Shown here: piece by piece, positions 12,824-25,317 of the stretch
How positions within the stretch are numbered: the first letter of the stretch is position 1
How the letters are laid out: every line of letters begins with the position of its first letter
Origin: Schmidtea polychroa
Lineage: Eukaryota
DNA: 64,000 nucleotides
Direction: 5' to 3'
NCBI GenBank assembly: GCA_044892525.1
Contig: CM097885.1
Location: 121,892,001 to 121,956,000 of the forward strand
Program-made: the position numbers and the translations under genes
Notes under the pieces: model-generated
Databases searched by the model: none
The model's input: only the letters and a program-made list of their open reading frames with translations
Told to the model about the DNA's origin: nothing

Positions 12824-15224
12824 CTAAAGAGCAAGAAGTTTTATTTACACCTGTAAAAATCGGTTGAGTGTCATTTATAATTTGGAATGCGAACTTTATA
12901 ATTTTTCCAATCCATCTATTCAGTGATGACCCACAAATTCATACCGTTGGCAACCCTCACATTCATTTAAATCTCAAACATTCAAGTTAATTCATTCAAT
13001 TCTTACAATTTTATGAGAAGGAAACGGGAATTCTCAAAACCATTCATTTATCCTAACTTCAACTCGTATGTTTATTTTACGGGTTTAACTATTTCTAACT
13101 AATGTACAATTATTATTTCATTACTGTGAACTCTCTTATCTTTATTATCATGGTTATATTTCAACAATTACGTTTTTACTCATTTCACTACTACGTTATT
13201 AAATTATGCGTGCACTGTGTTATGAAAGGAAAATTCGGTATTATACTAAGGCCGATCGGATTTGTAACAGAATCAGAAGATATTTGTTTAAATTCTTTTT
13301 GTCATAATTTATAATTTAATTATCTTAAATTTTACGCCATAAAGGTTATCATAGTGACGCCTAAATCGTGTTCATTTATGTGTTAATTTTATTATCTGTT
13401 TCTACTACTGAATATCGTCAGGTCCGTTGCGATGCGTGACTATATAATTAATTATCAACTTGTACTCTTGAAAAATCTAATAACTCTGCTATTTTCAAAT
13501 GACGAAATCTAACTGTCTGCTCATACATGCAGCCTTACTATTTCACTCACTACAATTACGTAACAGGACCGTCAACATACTCACTGTGATTTAACTAGGT
13601 GTGGTACATGCATGTCATTATGTGTAGTAATTAATAGATTTGACGTTACAGGCGGATTTTCCAGATAAGTCAGAACTGCGGTTGGTATTTCAGAAAAACT
13701 CATAAATCGAATTGCAGGGGTTAATCACGAGTCTAGTAGATAAAATTAATTCTAATTTCAAATTTTCTTCGTTATATTGAGTCATGATAAAGATGGTCAA
13801 CTCATGCACTCGACGGTCTCCTCCCACACTCAATGCACCAGAGTCCTTTTCAAACTATTACTGCCTATCTACTGTGGTTAAGCTTGATCTACATGTATAA
13901 TGAACCGATGATTATTTCCTATCGCTGCCGCTAGCTTCTTTCGGGCTTATGGTAAGTAATTTGATTTATTATCGAGAATTGTTTACCTTCCTATCTTAGG
14001 GCGAGTTACTATCAGTGACAGGCTAGACACAGGTTGATTATCAAATCTATCAAGGCGATGATCTACTCGCTACCGTCCTGGCGATGCAAATCCTTGGAAA
14101 ATAATCACGACATCTAATATGAATCCTATTGGAATTCTCGTGGAAATGGCAATCTCCCTTAATGGGTGTTTGACAACGACTTCCGGAATGTAAGAAGTAA
14201 TCAGTCCTAAATCGAGACTCTCTACAGATACGATTGGACGTAGCGCTGATGATTTGTAATTCGTCCTCTTTCCTGAAATTTCTCAACATACTCATGATCG
14301 GCATCAATTTTGTAACTGCAAATTCTTGATGGAATATTTTCGAAGGCGAGAGGGTCTGACCTCACTCGGTGAAAGAACTTCTGGGATCATGTGTTATTGT
14401 TCCTCACAGGATTTCCTCACCCCTCATGACCCACCTAAGAACAGTACGCATTGCTGCCCACCGCTCTTAGACCGTCATGAAGGACGAATCGACCCAGTCC
14501 ACTCCAATCAATATATATCAAATGGAAAACAAATGTAACAAAATTCACTGAGGATATTATTAAATAAATAAATGACTATTTACCTGGCGACCATGCCATT
14601 TGGGTTCCTGTTGTGATGAGTCTCAGTTCCTCAAATCGTTTCATTGTCTATGCATTTATCAATCCAAATCTCACAAGCCTTGCTCATGGCTGATATCTCT
14701 CGAATTTCTGATCTCTTTGGTTTTCGGACAATTATTCGGATTTATATTCATATTCATTTCCATCACACCAGAAGCTCCCAGAGGACATCGTCGCCAGCAC
14801 CATGAAGAAAAAGAAAATCTGTTTTGTAATGAATAAATTTATTATTATTAAATTATTAATTGGATAACATTTCAAAATAAAATCTAAATATATATAAGTA
14901 AACTAAATGATAACCCTTACCAAATTTCTACCTCGGAAAACTTTGATCAAAGGTATCTCAGATTGTTTGTTAAAACTAATGTTCGGGTTCTACTACTTCG
15001 TTCATATCCGATCTAAATTTGGTTCGCTTTTGGTAAATGACTCCTGTCAATAATTTGTGAAGTCTCTTCGAAGTGGTTCCGGTTTGTAGATTAATAGTGG
15101 TTCCTGAATGTCTGTAGAGTTTTGGTTAAAAGTGGTTTCTGCAATCTGCAATCTGCAATCGTGGATTAAAAAGTGGTGTCTTATAACCTAAAAATTTTAC
15201 CTGCAATCGTGGATTAAAAAGTGG

Positions 15225-15271
15225 TACTCTTCTAATTTTCCACTTTGCTTATATACTATTTTTCGTCCAAT
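15225..15271 (-). promoter_or_regulatory. Pol II promoter of copy A (CCAAT box, TATATAA, inferred start near 15225)
   Basis: CCAAT at 15267-15271 and TATATAA at 15255-15249 on the minus strand, with spacing conserved in copy B. Confidence 0.65.
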
Positions 15272-16537
15272 CAGGACTCGGTTAGGTTGTAATTTTAATA
15301 TTATTTTTATGTTTTTTATTATAATATAATGAATTTTAGTGACCTTATTTTATTTTTATTATTATTCTATTATTTTCTTAATGTTTATTATTTTTCTCTT
15401 ATTTTCCTATAGATCTATCGTTGTTTTGTTGCGATACAATTTTTTGTTTTAATTAGCTTACAAATTTATTTAGGAATTGTTTTTTATTTTTATTTTATTT
15501 CTTATTTTTTATTTACCTTAAATTTTTGCTATTCTATTTCCCCTTTATTTGTTATGCGCATTAGGTAGTTGCCTTTTTGTCTTATTTTTAATCTTAAAGG
15601 TTTTATTATTTTATTAATTATTCCTATTTCTTTTATTGGTATTTTGTTTGTTTCTTCCTATATATTATTGAGGTTTTCGGTAGAATTTATTTTTATCTTA
15701 TTCTATTATTCCGTGGGATTCCTTTCTACCCTTGATGCATTTCTCGACATCCTCAAGACTTGGCCCAACACATATAATTCGTGGAGTCAAATCTTTTTTG
15801 CGTTAGATCGAACTACCCATCGAACCTAACAAAATATGCGATTCCTAATTTTATTGTTATTAATAATTATATATTATTAATATGAATTTAATTATTTTAT
15901 TTTAATTTTTAAACAAATTTATTTATTTGGATTCCCCAGGTTACTTATATTAGAAACCTCAGCACACATCCATCCAATGATGTTGCGGTAACATAGTAAA
16001 TCTATTCTTAGTAACAACGCCCCATAAACCGTCCATCATCAGAAGGACTAAACCATAATAAGCCCTCACATACTCATTAGCATAATGAGACAACCACAAT
16101 TCCCCAACTACAACCTCGTTTTCAGCCTTTGAAGTTGCTGAGGTATGTTCCCCTACCAGCCAACCCTTACGAACAAGAACCGATTACTCATATTCACTAA
16201 CGAAAGATATAGGTAGATAGACATACATTCACACAAAACGAGTGCTACTTTAAAATGAAAAACTCAACGAAAGTACAAAATTTAATTCAAGTTACACCTT
16301 AAATGAGAAACTCAAAAGAAGTACAAAATTTAATTTTAGTCAAAAGACAAATTTATATTACACCCAAAAAAAAATTCAAAGAAAGTACAAAATTTAATTC
16401 TATTAAAAAGATAACTGCATCTTACGTAATTTGCAATGCATCTAAAATCCATCTAAAAGGTTATAGTTGTTGAATAGTCTACAGTACCAACGTTGATCAC
16501 TCAACGAGTATCAAGTAGAAAAAGCAATCGTTTGTAT

Positions 16538-17690
16538 TGTTGGTTACTTAGGGGTGTGTCATTTTGTATTTTAAATACGTCAGGGGTAATTTAGATATCC
16601 GCTCGACTCTTTCCTAAGCACCTCCATGACTATTGCACCTTAAACCATTTGTGTACCCATGGCGACGACCATGTTGGTAATGTACACAAAGGCGAAAAAA
16701 CAATGAGCAGGTGAGCTCTATTACTAAAACTACTCCCCATTGTATTTTCTTTTCGGGTTCTAGACTGCCGATAGAAGGTCTTACGTCATTATTCACTATG
16801 TATGCTGTTTTTAGATCATTTGTGGTTCTCAATTAAGGGTATTTCCAACTGTTCCTTTGTAAAATTTTTGCGCAGGGATCCGTCCGTATTGTTTATCTAA
16901 TAATTATTGTTATATACTCCCTATAATATCCAAATTATCCTTCAAAAAATTTGAGCTTATTCACAAGTTAATAAACATGTTTCCACACCTCTCATGGAAA
17001 TTTGAGCAGGGATCTGCCTGTATTTCTAATCCTGAACGATCGAATATCTTAACTATTTGTGGCTGCTATAAAATTGCCTAAACCTACTTCCTCTACCGAC
17101 AACAGTTCATAACTATTCTAATATTTCTCCTAACTCAGAAATATCTATGAAAATAAAAGTCCTATACTTTTTAACTCTAAATAGGGCCCTAAACTATCGC
17201 AATTGATTTTACCCCCTCTAACCGTTCATCTCCCTATCTATATTCCCTACCCCGATGGACTCAACTGGTGAAACATCTGCCGACTAACAGCACGTAGTGC
17301 CGCCTGTCCACAAACCTTCCCCAGTCCAGACCATCGACACATAAATATCCAGAAAAACACAACCTAAATTATAATATTATTCAAAAAGGACAAAATAACA
17401 TACGCCAAACATAAGAAGTAATTAAAAACAAATTCCGTTAAAAATTTTATTAATTCCTAAAATTGTTTAATAATAGGCTTAACAACAACAAAATGAATAA
17501 TACCATACCAATATTAACAATTAAATTCAATTTAAAATAGCTTTATCTAAATAACAAAATAAATTAACTAAATAACATTAACTAAAATTAACTTTAATTT
17601 AAAATAACATTAGACCTAACAAAATTATATTACACAAAACAAAAATCAAATTTACCTCACCGCGATGGCATGGAATCGAAAATTGAGAGC
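16538..17690. mobile_element. LTR-like repeat X starting TGTTGG, probably extending to about 18200
   Basis: Colinear with the reverse complement of 34400-35520; similarity ends exactly at TGTTGG/CCAACA. Its first roughly 300 bp also resemble 26257-26560. Confidence 0.7.
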
Positions 17691-18634
17691 ATATGTTCAT
17701 TGCCAGTAAATGAATTGTTGTGCAACCAGTTGAGCGTGAGAGAGTTTTTTAAATGTAATTTCACTCAGTATTTATACTGATTGAATTATACGCCTACGCA
17801 TTCTCTGCTGTTATATCCAATTAGAATGCGAGGCAATTCTGATTAATTTTTGCATGCATGCATGAATGTGTGCAATTATTATTTTTTAATTTAATTAATT
17901 TAATTAATCAAAATTCTAATTTTTATTAACTTTTAAGATTTATTTTTATACATTCTATAATTTAAATAGTTTTTTGCTAATTTTAATTTAGTTTTACAAG
18001 TTTTATAATTTAAAATAAGTTCAGTTAATTTTACTTTAGTTTCATTAATTTAAACAATTTGGTTTTATAAGTTTTATAATTTAAATAATTTTGTTGGTTT
18101 TATTTTTAGTTTTCATTAACCAATTTAGTTTTATAAATTTTATGGTTTATCTAATTTTACTACTTTTATTCTACTTTTTATTATTTTACCAGTTTACTAG
18201 ATAATATATTTTTTATCACGTCAAATGTGTTAATTTCGTACAATTTAAAAAGGACAAATATTATTTCAATATGAGAACAAATAAAAAACGGTAGTGGATA
18301 AAATTTGTGTTTAATAAAAATATTGACTTTTAGACTGAAATTAATATTATGGGAATTAATAATTATTTTAGTTTATTCAGCATAAATCCCAAACTTTTTA
18401 AAATTTTAATATACTTATCAATTTATTATTTTAATATTAGCTAAGGAAATTTTCTGTGTCTTATTTTAATATAATTTTAATTAAGTTTTTAATTACAATC
18501 CTATGTTGTTTTAATATATTGTACTTAAATAATTATTTAAGATGGTTTATACCTTTTAGTAATTTTATTCTTTTTGTACATTAATTTAAAATTTAAATGC
18601 TACTTTTTTAATGTTTTATACAATATTTTAGAAT

Positions 18635-20176
18635 ATGACAGAAAATAATAGTCAAGCTGTAGTCACACCTAAAAGAAGTCGTAACACGTATCCAAAGCTT
18701 CCAAATGATTCAATAAATGATACAAGCAGAGATAAAAGATTTTCTGAGCGGTTATCATTGTCTAATCTTGAAAATAAAAAATCCAGAATTTCTTATGCAG
18801 ATGAGGATTATTTCATTGACAGTTCGCCAAGTACTAATATCGTTACATCTACTCCTGTTAGTCGAAATCGGCATTCTACTGGTAAGGGTATGAAACGATA
18901 TAATATTAGCAATGAGACTGGTGATTTTATGTTAGATGCTACGTCTTTAATTCAAGATCTTAATAAAGATATATCAAGAAAAATTGATATTTTGGAAAAT
19001 ATTAATCAGTTTGTAAATTTTCAAAATTCATGTATATGCGTGGACCACTTAGATCCTGATAGTTTATCGCCATTGGAAAGGTGTATTAGAGATTATCCAA
19101 AACTTTATGAAACAAATGTAATGTATACCAAATTCATTAATAAAATACTCATTTCATCAACAAAATTATCTGAAATTTATTTATGCCAACATCGTTTTAA
19201 TTCTCAGTACTACGTCGTTAAATCGGGATATAAATCTAATAGTTATTGCTTGTCAGAATCCAGTAAGGAAATAATAAATGAAGTTAAAATTCTCACATTG
19301 ATTGGTAAACATTTACATGTAGTTGACTTTTATGATGCATGGATTGAAGATGAGAGGTTTCATCTGCAGCTAGGTTTTATTAACGGTGGCTCACTCATTG
19401 ATTTTATAGTTGGGAACTCTAATAGGTTTAATGCAATTTGCGATATTTCTAAGCTGGAAAAAAGATTTAGAATGTCTAGTTGTTCGGCATATATTATGCT
19501 TGCTCATATATCATCAGTGTTAGTCTACATGCATGAAGTTTTAAATATTTTTCATGGAGATATAAAACCTTCAAATATTCTTGTTGATATGGTAAGGTAT
19601 ACGTCTAATGATATAACAATGGCTAAAATAGAGTGCCATAGTGCTTTACTAGAACCAAGTCCAAATCCAAGATTGAGATTCAAATTATGTGATTTTGGTA
19701 GATCTGGTGCAACTAGTAATGTTATAAAAATGGATGAAGGTGATGGGCGATATCTGCCTACTCTCAATGATAATAGTTCTAATTATCATCTGTTTGCTTC
19801 GTCGCGTGATATTTATGCGCTTGGTTTAACTATCTTTGATTGCGTAATTAATTACTTTTCATAATATGATTAATATATTTTCTAGTTTGGAGGAACTATT
19901 AATCAAGAATCGGCTAGCGCAATTCGTAAAGGTAATTGGGGGAAATGGCCAAGCACTATATCAGAAGATTGGCAATATATAATTAAAGTAAAATAATAAT
20001 AACAATAGTTAATAATTATATATTTGCATCAGAAAATGTCGCATAAAAACGAAGTGATGAGGTATACAGCTCGTGAAATCCTAGAATTGGACAACGTTAA
20101 ATGCTTCATTCAACCAGAAGCGCTGTCATATTTTAAGTTTGATGAAATAACATCGGATATAATGGAAATAAATTAG
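18635..20176 (+). CDS. WEE1: Divergent Wee1-family protein kinase, 3 exons, about 484 aa
   Basis: Exons 18635-19843, 19886-19987 and 20033-20176 (GT-AG, phase 0). Motifs VVK, NEV, HVVDFYDAWIED, GGSL, HGDIKPSNIL, KLCDFG, DEGDGRYL and DIYALGLT match the Wee1/Myt1 pattern. Orthology is not proven. Confidence 0.75.
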
Positions 20177-21339
20177 ATTGTTATTGAACTCTGTATCAGC
20201 TTTGTAACGATATTATTATTATGTATTTTCAGATTCTTAAAGGTTGTTGACTTTATTTTTGTAATAACTAAATTATAATACTAAAGTGCTTTGCATTTGC
20301 CATTTTTAAAATTTAAATTAGAAAGGATTGTCTTTATTTTGACACAGATAAATAGTTGTCATTTAATTTTTGGTTTTCATTAATTTATGCTCTTAGCGTT
20401 TTATACGTTATTTTCCCTCGATGAGAGTTTGATCTTACTAGGAAACGGATTTGGATTTAGTAAAATCTGTTAAATGAAGTCATGATCATAAGAAAACACT
20501 ATTTTTAATTTAACCTTGGGGTCGAAGTCCAAAGTATTTCACCCACGATGTCAATCTAATATTGATTAGTGATTTATCTGATATATCATTCTGATCAAAA
20601 ATGGCGAATTTCCTTATAGTTCGTTCATATTTATATAAATGGTTTACCATCAATCAGCTTTCCTAATTATCTCTGTCATGTTCACTTATTGAAAAAGCCA
20701 GTGATTTAAGTAACCAATATAAGGGTAAATAGAAATTCTTAAAAAGTTTTCGACTAAGAATAATGGTAAAGAATGAATTTTCAAGACTTAAAAGAATATA
20801 TATTTTGTTAAACAAGTCCAAATTATTTTAAGTTTTTAAGAGTATCTAATCGTAAATTGTAGTACTTTAGGGGTGTATATTACCATAAGTTATCTGCATT
20901 TTATTCCATATTCATCGACTGTTTTCATCATACAAAACAAGGAATTTAGTCATACTTCGATACTAGACAGGTATAGACTGATATGACAAATAAATTGAAA
21001 ATGTTCACTCCCATGCTGCTAAGTCGGTGAATATTAAAACAAACTATATTTTTGAAATAGAAATTAATAAATCATAATAAAGTAAATTATAACGATGAAA
21101 TTCTATTAAATAAATCAAAATGAGGAGGTATATCCTCTCCTGGTAAGTCGACATAACTTGTCTCGACATAATTTTCAACCTAACCAAATAAAATCAACAA
21201 AACCGAAACAAACATCTATTACATTCAACCATTATAGTACTGGTGGTGAAGATCTTTCACTTCCAAACTCTTATTCCACCAATGCTTTTCTTATTTCCGT
21301 ATACATCTATGCAACCGCGCATAGCTGTTTTAATCGGAA

Positions 21340-21460
21340 CTACGATTTAGTGACTGACTGTCAGCAAAAGGTGAGCTCTATAACGAAAAGTAATAATGAC
21401 CCAAAGAGTCGCTGGGTTCATAAGCTACCGTAAAAGATGTCATGCCTCATTTTTTCTCTT
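21340..21460. repeat. Diverged copy of the repeat-X donor module
   Basis: AGGTGAGCTCTA...GGGTTC...CCG...AAGATGTC parallels 16709-16790 and 26431-26510. Confidence 0.5.
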
Positions 21461-22510
21461 GTCCCTTCATTATTTAACCATATGCTTAGCTTTGTCGCAC
21501 TCTACTTCGAATTTTCATAATAAGAACCCCTTTAACTGAATTTCGATGAATCAGATAAAACTCAAGATTATAAAATTAGAATTTCCTGTCGAATTGCTTG
21601 AGGTTATATTGCCAAAATCCACTAATTGATGTCTGTATTAAGTCGCTTGATATTTTACAAAATTATATTTATTGTTTAATTAAAGTTCGAGTAATTATTT
21701 AATTCTTTTCTTAAAAAGATAAGTTTCTTTGGCCTCAAGAAGATAATGATTTCATAATTTACTCATTCGATCTTTTAAATTTCTAACTTTAATATGATTT
21801 ATTCTCAAGGAAACTTTATAATTAATTATTTAAGTCATAGTGTTAAATCGAAATTAATATGAGTAGTAATATCTAAGAGGTACCTCATATCCAATAAACG
21901 AGGATCAACGAGACCTTAATTAAAAATGAAATTTGTATACAACGTAAGTTCTTCTAAAGGTTGTTTAGAACCCGAAAATAAATGGCATGAGGAGTAGTTT
22001 TAGTAATCAAGCTCACCTAAAACAAAAAAATGTTCATTGTCCACTATTGAAGCACAATACTCGAAAAAATTTAAGGTATCAATTTGGAATTAAGTTAGGC
22101 CACTATCTGGAGAAGCGCTTTGGTATCCTATCGGTTGCGCATGCGCTAACAATTGTGTTGGCTGTTCTTCTTGAGACAGACCCATGTCCATTGATACTGA
22201 AACTTTTGATCCACTGATTATCAGACGAGCTAATCAGATTCTTTGGTTAAATAGTTAGTGTTAACACGATTCAACTTTGTAGTTTTCGAGAGTCTTTCAC
22301 TGACCCTCCGATTTTCGATATGATGCTTTCTATGCTCGGGGAAAAATCAGATGACATAAAATCAGTTGCAACGTTCAGTCATTTTCTCGAACTTGTAATG
22401 GAGTCGTTCTTTGGTCTCAGCCATTTGAATTATTGTAAAATATTTTTTTACGGATGTCTAGCGTTAAAATAATATAAACATTACAAGCTTTGTGATACCC
22501 AGTGCAAATC

Positions 22511-22556
22511 CAATAGTAGACTAGTTTCGAGCTTTTGGCTCTCATCAGTATTATGC
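22511..22556 (-). ncRNA. Minimal type I hammerhead ribozyme motif
   Basis: Minus strand reads CATAATA-CTGATGA-GAGC(CAAAA)GCTC-GAAAC-TA-GTC-TACTATTG: both core boxes, a 4-bp stem II, a palindromic ACTAGT stem III, a GUC site, and stem I with 5 of 6 proximal pairs. Confidence 0.7.
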
Positions 22557-23612
22557 AGGAGACGCGAAGATTTCTGTTCGCGCCCGATAAGTATACAATA
22601 TTGCTAATTCAACTCTATTGCATACTTTCCTTGGAACACTGGAAATCACATCACTTGCAAATTAGCTAAATTACAGAAAAATATCTGCAAACTTGTAAAC
22701 ATAGCGTATGAAAAATCATAATCGCCTCTGGAGACACCGTCTTAAATAAAACAGAAACATAAAAAAACAAAACACAAGCACAAACAATGCTAATTGTACA
22801 GTTTTTATTTATTTCCTTGTAATTATGAAGCTGGTTGTAAGTTATTTGTTTTATACAGGTTGTATATGTTGGATGATGTAGGTAGGCACATCACCACATT
22901 TAACCTCAACAGGTATTATAGGACAGGGCCCAAGAGATACAGAGTCAATGTATGCGCCGAAGAGCGTAGATAAATAGACAATCTAATTTCCCAACAATCA
23001 ACAACCCAATTCAATCCAAAAACAATCCAAAACAATCCTTCAAAACAATCTGAAAATTGACTATCTGTGAAATAATTAACAATTTGTGTAGATATTATTT
23101 ATGTGTATTTTATTTTTTGATTATTTTTCATGGTATCGGGTGTATATATCTAAAAGCCTGAGCAGTTTATTAATCAGTGTAATGTATTGTTATATTTTAT
23201 TTGTTGGTTTTTTTAGTTACATGTAAACAACAATTCTGCACGTTGCACGTGTAGAAGGTTTTTTATCCTTTTTTTTGAAAATGGATTGCTATAGAAAATG
23301 GATTACAAAATAAAAAAATCCATAAAAACATTGTTAATTATTATTTCAAGCCAAAACCCAACCTAAACTATTCTGAAAACAAGTTTAGAAAGTAAATTAT
23401 AATCTTGTATCTAACCAGTGTCAATCGAACTAAAGAGCCGAAAGAAATTTCAACCCAAACTATTAGGAAAATAAGTTTGGGAAACAAATTCTAATCTCGT
23501 GTCAAACTATTTACCCACTCAAGTCCGCGCGGATAATCTAAAACCATTAGATACAATAATTGGATACAACAGATCCAATTGTTTTTATAAATAAAGTTTG
23601 AAGTTGAAAAAT

Positions 23613-24754
23613 TGTTACTGTTCATTTTTTATAAAGTATTTTTTATTTTTCAGTACATACATTCGCCCCAGCTGTCCCAAGACAGTTTCATTTAAAGGAG
23701 ACTCGGCTGGGTTCTACATCTTTCCTTACACAGCACGAATCATCAAATAAATAAATAACCAATAATTAAAAATAACACATCCTGAACAATATAGGAAATT
23801 AACAGCATAACAATCAGGATAAATAAATGATTTTAACCCTTTCCAGCCCAGTGATTCCAAATGGAATCATTAGTTAAAAACTCAGTTTTTTTCTTTCTAC
23901 TACCAAAACGGTTGGCAGTAACTAGTGAGAACTATAGTAAGATATGTTTTTAACAGTTTGCACAGGGGGCAACAAAAAAAAATGAAGTAAAATATTTTTA
24001 TGATAAAATAAGTAGTTTTGGTACCTACTTACTGCATATATTTTTTTGTTTTGAAAAAATTTGGGCTGGAAAGGGTTAATATAATTTTTATCAATACATC
24101 TAATACTTCAATATAAGGGAAAAATAATTCAAATAAATTAATAATGATATAAAAACAAAATTTTAGTTAAAGAATAAATTAATAATTTTTAATTTCAAAA
24201 AAACAAACAGCTGAAAATATTTTAGTTAAGACAATTCAAGTACTCTCAAAATAAATTAAAAAATCCTTAAAATTAATATAATTTATTTTCCTTTAAGAAA
24301 ATAATAGAACTGAAAAACTTTTTGATATACTTGAAATTAATATAATTTATTTTAAAATAACATCTGGCTTAAAAATCTAATATAAATACCCCAAACATTT
24401 TTAGTATAACCGCCCAAAAAATTCAGCGCTTGTAATAATATTCAAAGGTTAATCCTACGAATAAAATAAAGCCCGGAACAGCACAGAACGTTCCACAAAT
24501 TTTACTTACAGTAATTATACATGTGCACGCACGACACAACATAATAACAAAACACAATATTTCACAAGCATTTTTAGAAAATATAATAAAATAAAAGAAG
24601 TATTTGGATAGATTGTGTAGATCGATTTAGAATTTAAATTCATCTGTTATTTGGTAAATTTTGTTTTTAATAAATATTTATCTATAGACTAAATATTTAT
24701 CTATATTTATCTATATAGATAAGTTGAGTGTTCCCGAATATCGAGACCTCAACA
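23613..24754 (-). mobile_element. Solo LTR-like element (left boundary uncertain)
   Basis: Ends GAGACCTCAACA. Shares GCACGCAC-ACACAACATAA and the CCCCAGCTGTCCC...GACTCGGCTGGG hairpin with 25318-26025. Confidence 0.55.
23837..24075. mobile_element. piggyBac-type MITE inserted in the LTR-like element
   Basis: Perfect 14-bp TIRs CCCTTTCCAGCCCA with TTAA on both sides. Confidence 0.9.
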
Positions 24755-25110
24755 TATATACATAAAAAACAGAAACAAAATACATATAAAAACATATAAA
24801 ACATACAAAGAAAAATAAAAAAAAATGTTATTGAATGTTATTTTTCATGCTACTTTTTATTGATTCATGTTAACCTCCGGGTTTAAAGGGGGAAGTTATG
24901 TAACGTATTTTTATATCATATTTTTTGTTGGTAATTACCATAATATTGATCATGGTCTTAATCGCCACGCCTCACATGTAAAATTTTAAAAAAAACTATA
25001 TCGCTATAGAAAAAAATCAATCAATAAACAAATCAGAAAAGAATTTTTAAACTAAATAACAACATAAAACTTAAGAAGTCGGAAAGTATCAAAAGAAAGT
25101 TGAAGTTAAA

Positions 25111-25252
25111 GAAAGTTTATTATCCAGTTTATTATTCCAGAAAAAAATTAACGAGAAACTTAATATCCCTTGATAATATCTGAAAGTTTATCATCCAGTT
25201 TATTATTCCAGGAACGAACTAACGAGAAATTTAATATCCCGTAATAATATCC
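25111..25252. repeat. Two-copy tandem repeat, period 71 bp
   Basis: GAAAGTTTAT(T/C)ATCCAGTTTATTATTCCAG...AACGAGAAA(C/T)TTAATATCCC begins at 25111 and 25182. Confidence 0.8.
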
Positions 25253-25317
25253 CAAAATTAAATAAGACTAGATAACTAAATTCCTATTTCTATCTATTTT
25301 CAACAGCCTAAAGTACG

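Larger units (their letters stand above)
12370..15770 (-). mobile_element. Giant LTR-like element, copy A (left end deleted)
   Basis: Colinear with 27090-30423: same ORF, same TACCTGGCGACCA block, same promoter and duplicated leader, and the same terminus GCCCAACA at 15763-15770. Confidence 0.8.

Noticed and set aside
13400-14850. A second protein-coding gene in the leader of elements A and B
   Set aside because: Short blocks align, but all frames I checked on both strands contain several stops in both copies. The homologous minus-strand intron is only 23 nt in B.
15153-15225. Spliced-leader RNA gene (short capped exon plus GTAAA donor, repeated)
   Set aside because: It lies inside an LTR-like element under a TATA/CCAAT promoter, the leader differs between copies A and B, and there is no well-placed Sm site. 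A cis intron explains it better.
15569-15829. Hydrophobic F/L/I-rich ORFs (also 30213-30416 and 31168-31434)
   Set aside because: They are translations of T-rich low-complexity U3-like DNA and are not conserved between copies A and B.
16260-16400. CRISPR-like repeat-spacer array (AAGTACAAAATTTAATT three times; also ATTGGATGGTC repeats near 30850)
   Set aside because: Eukaryotic context, only three degenerate units, related spacers and no cas genes; these are ordinary LTR or enhancer-type repeats.
17764-17771. CA followed by GTAT as the right end and TSD of repeat X
   Set aside because: A 4-bp match is easily chance, the inverted copy does not end there, and it would cut through the apparent TATA box.
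20440-20650. Small minus-strand two-exon ORF (MVNHLYKY...)
   Set aside because: About 55 aa, with no motif and no consistent upstream exon.
23667-23710. Hammerhead-like three-way junction in solo LTRs
   Set aside because: It has GAAAC and stems on the minus strand but no CUGANGA box, so it is reported only as a hairpin.
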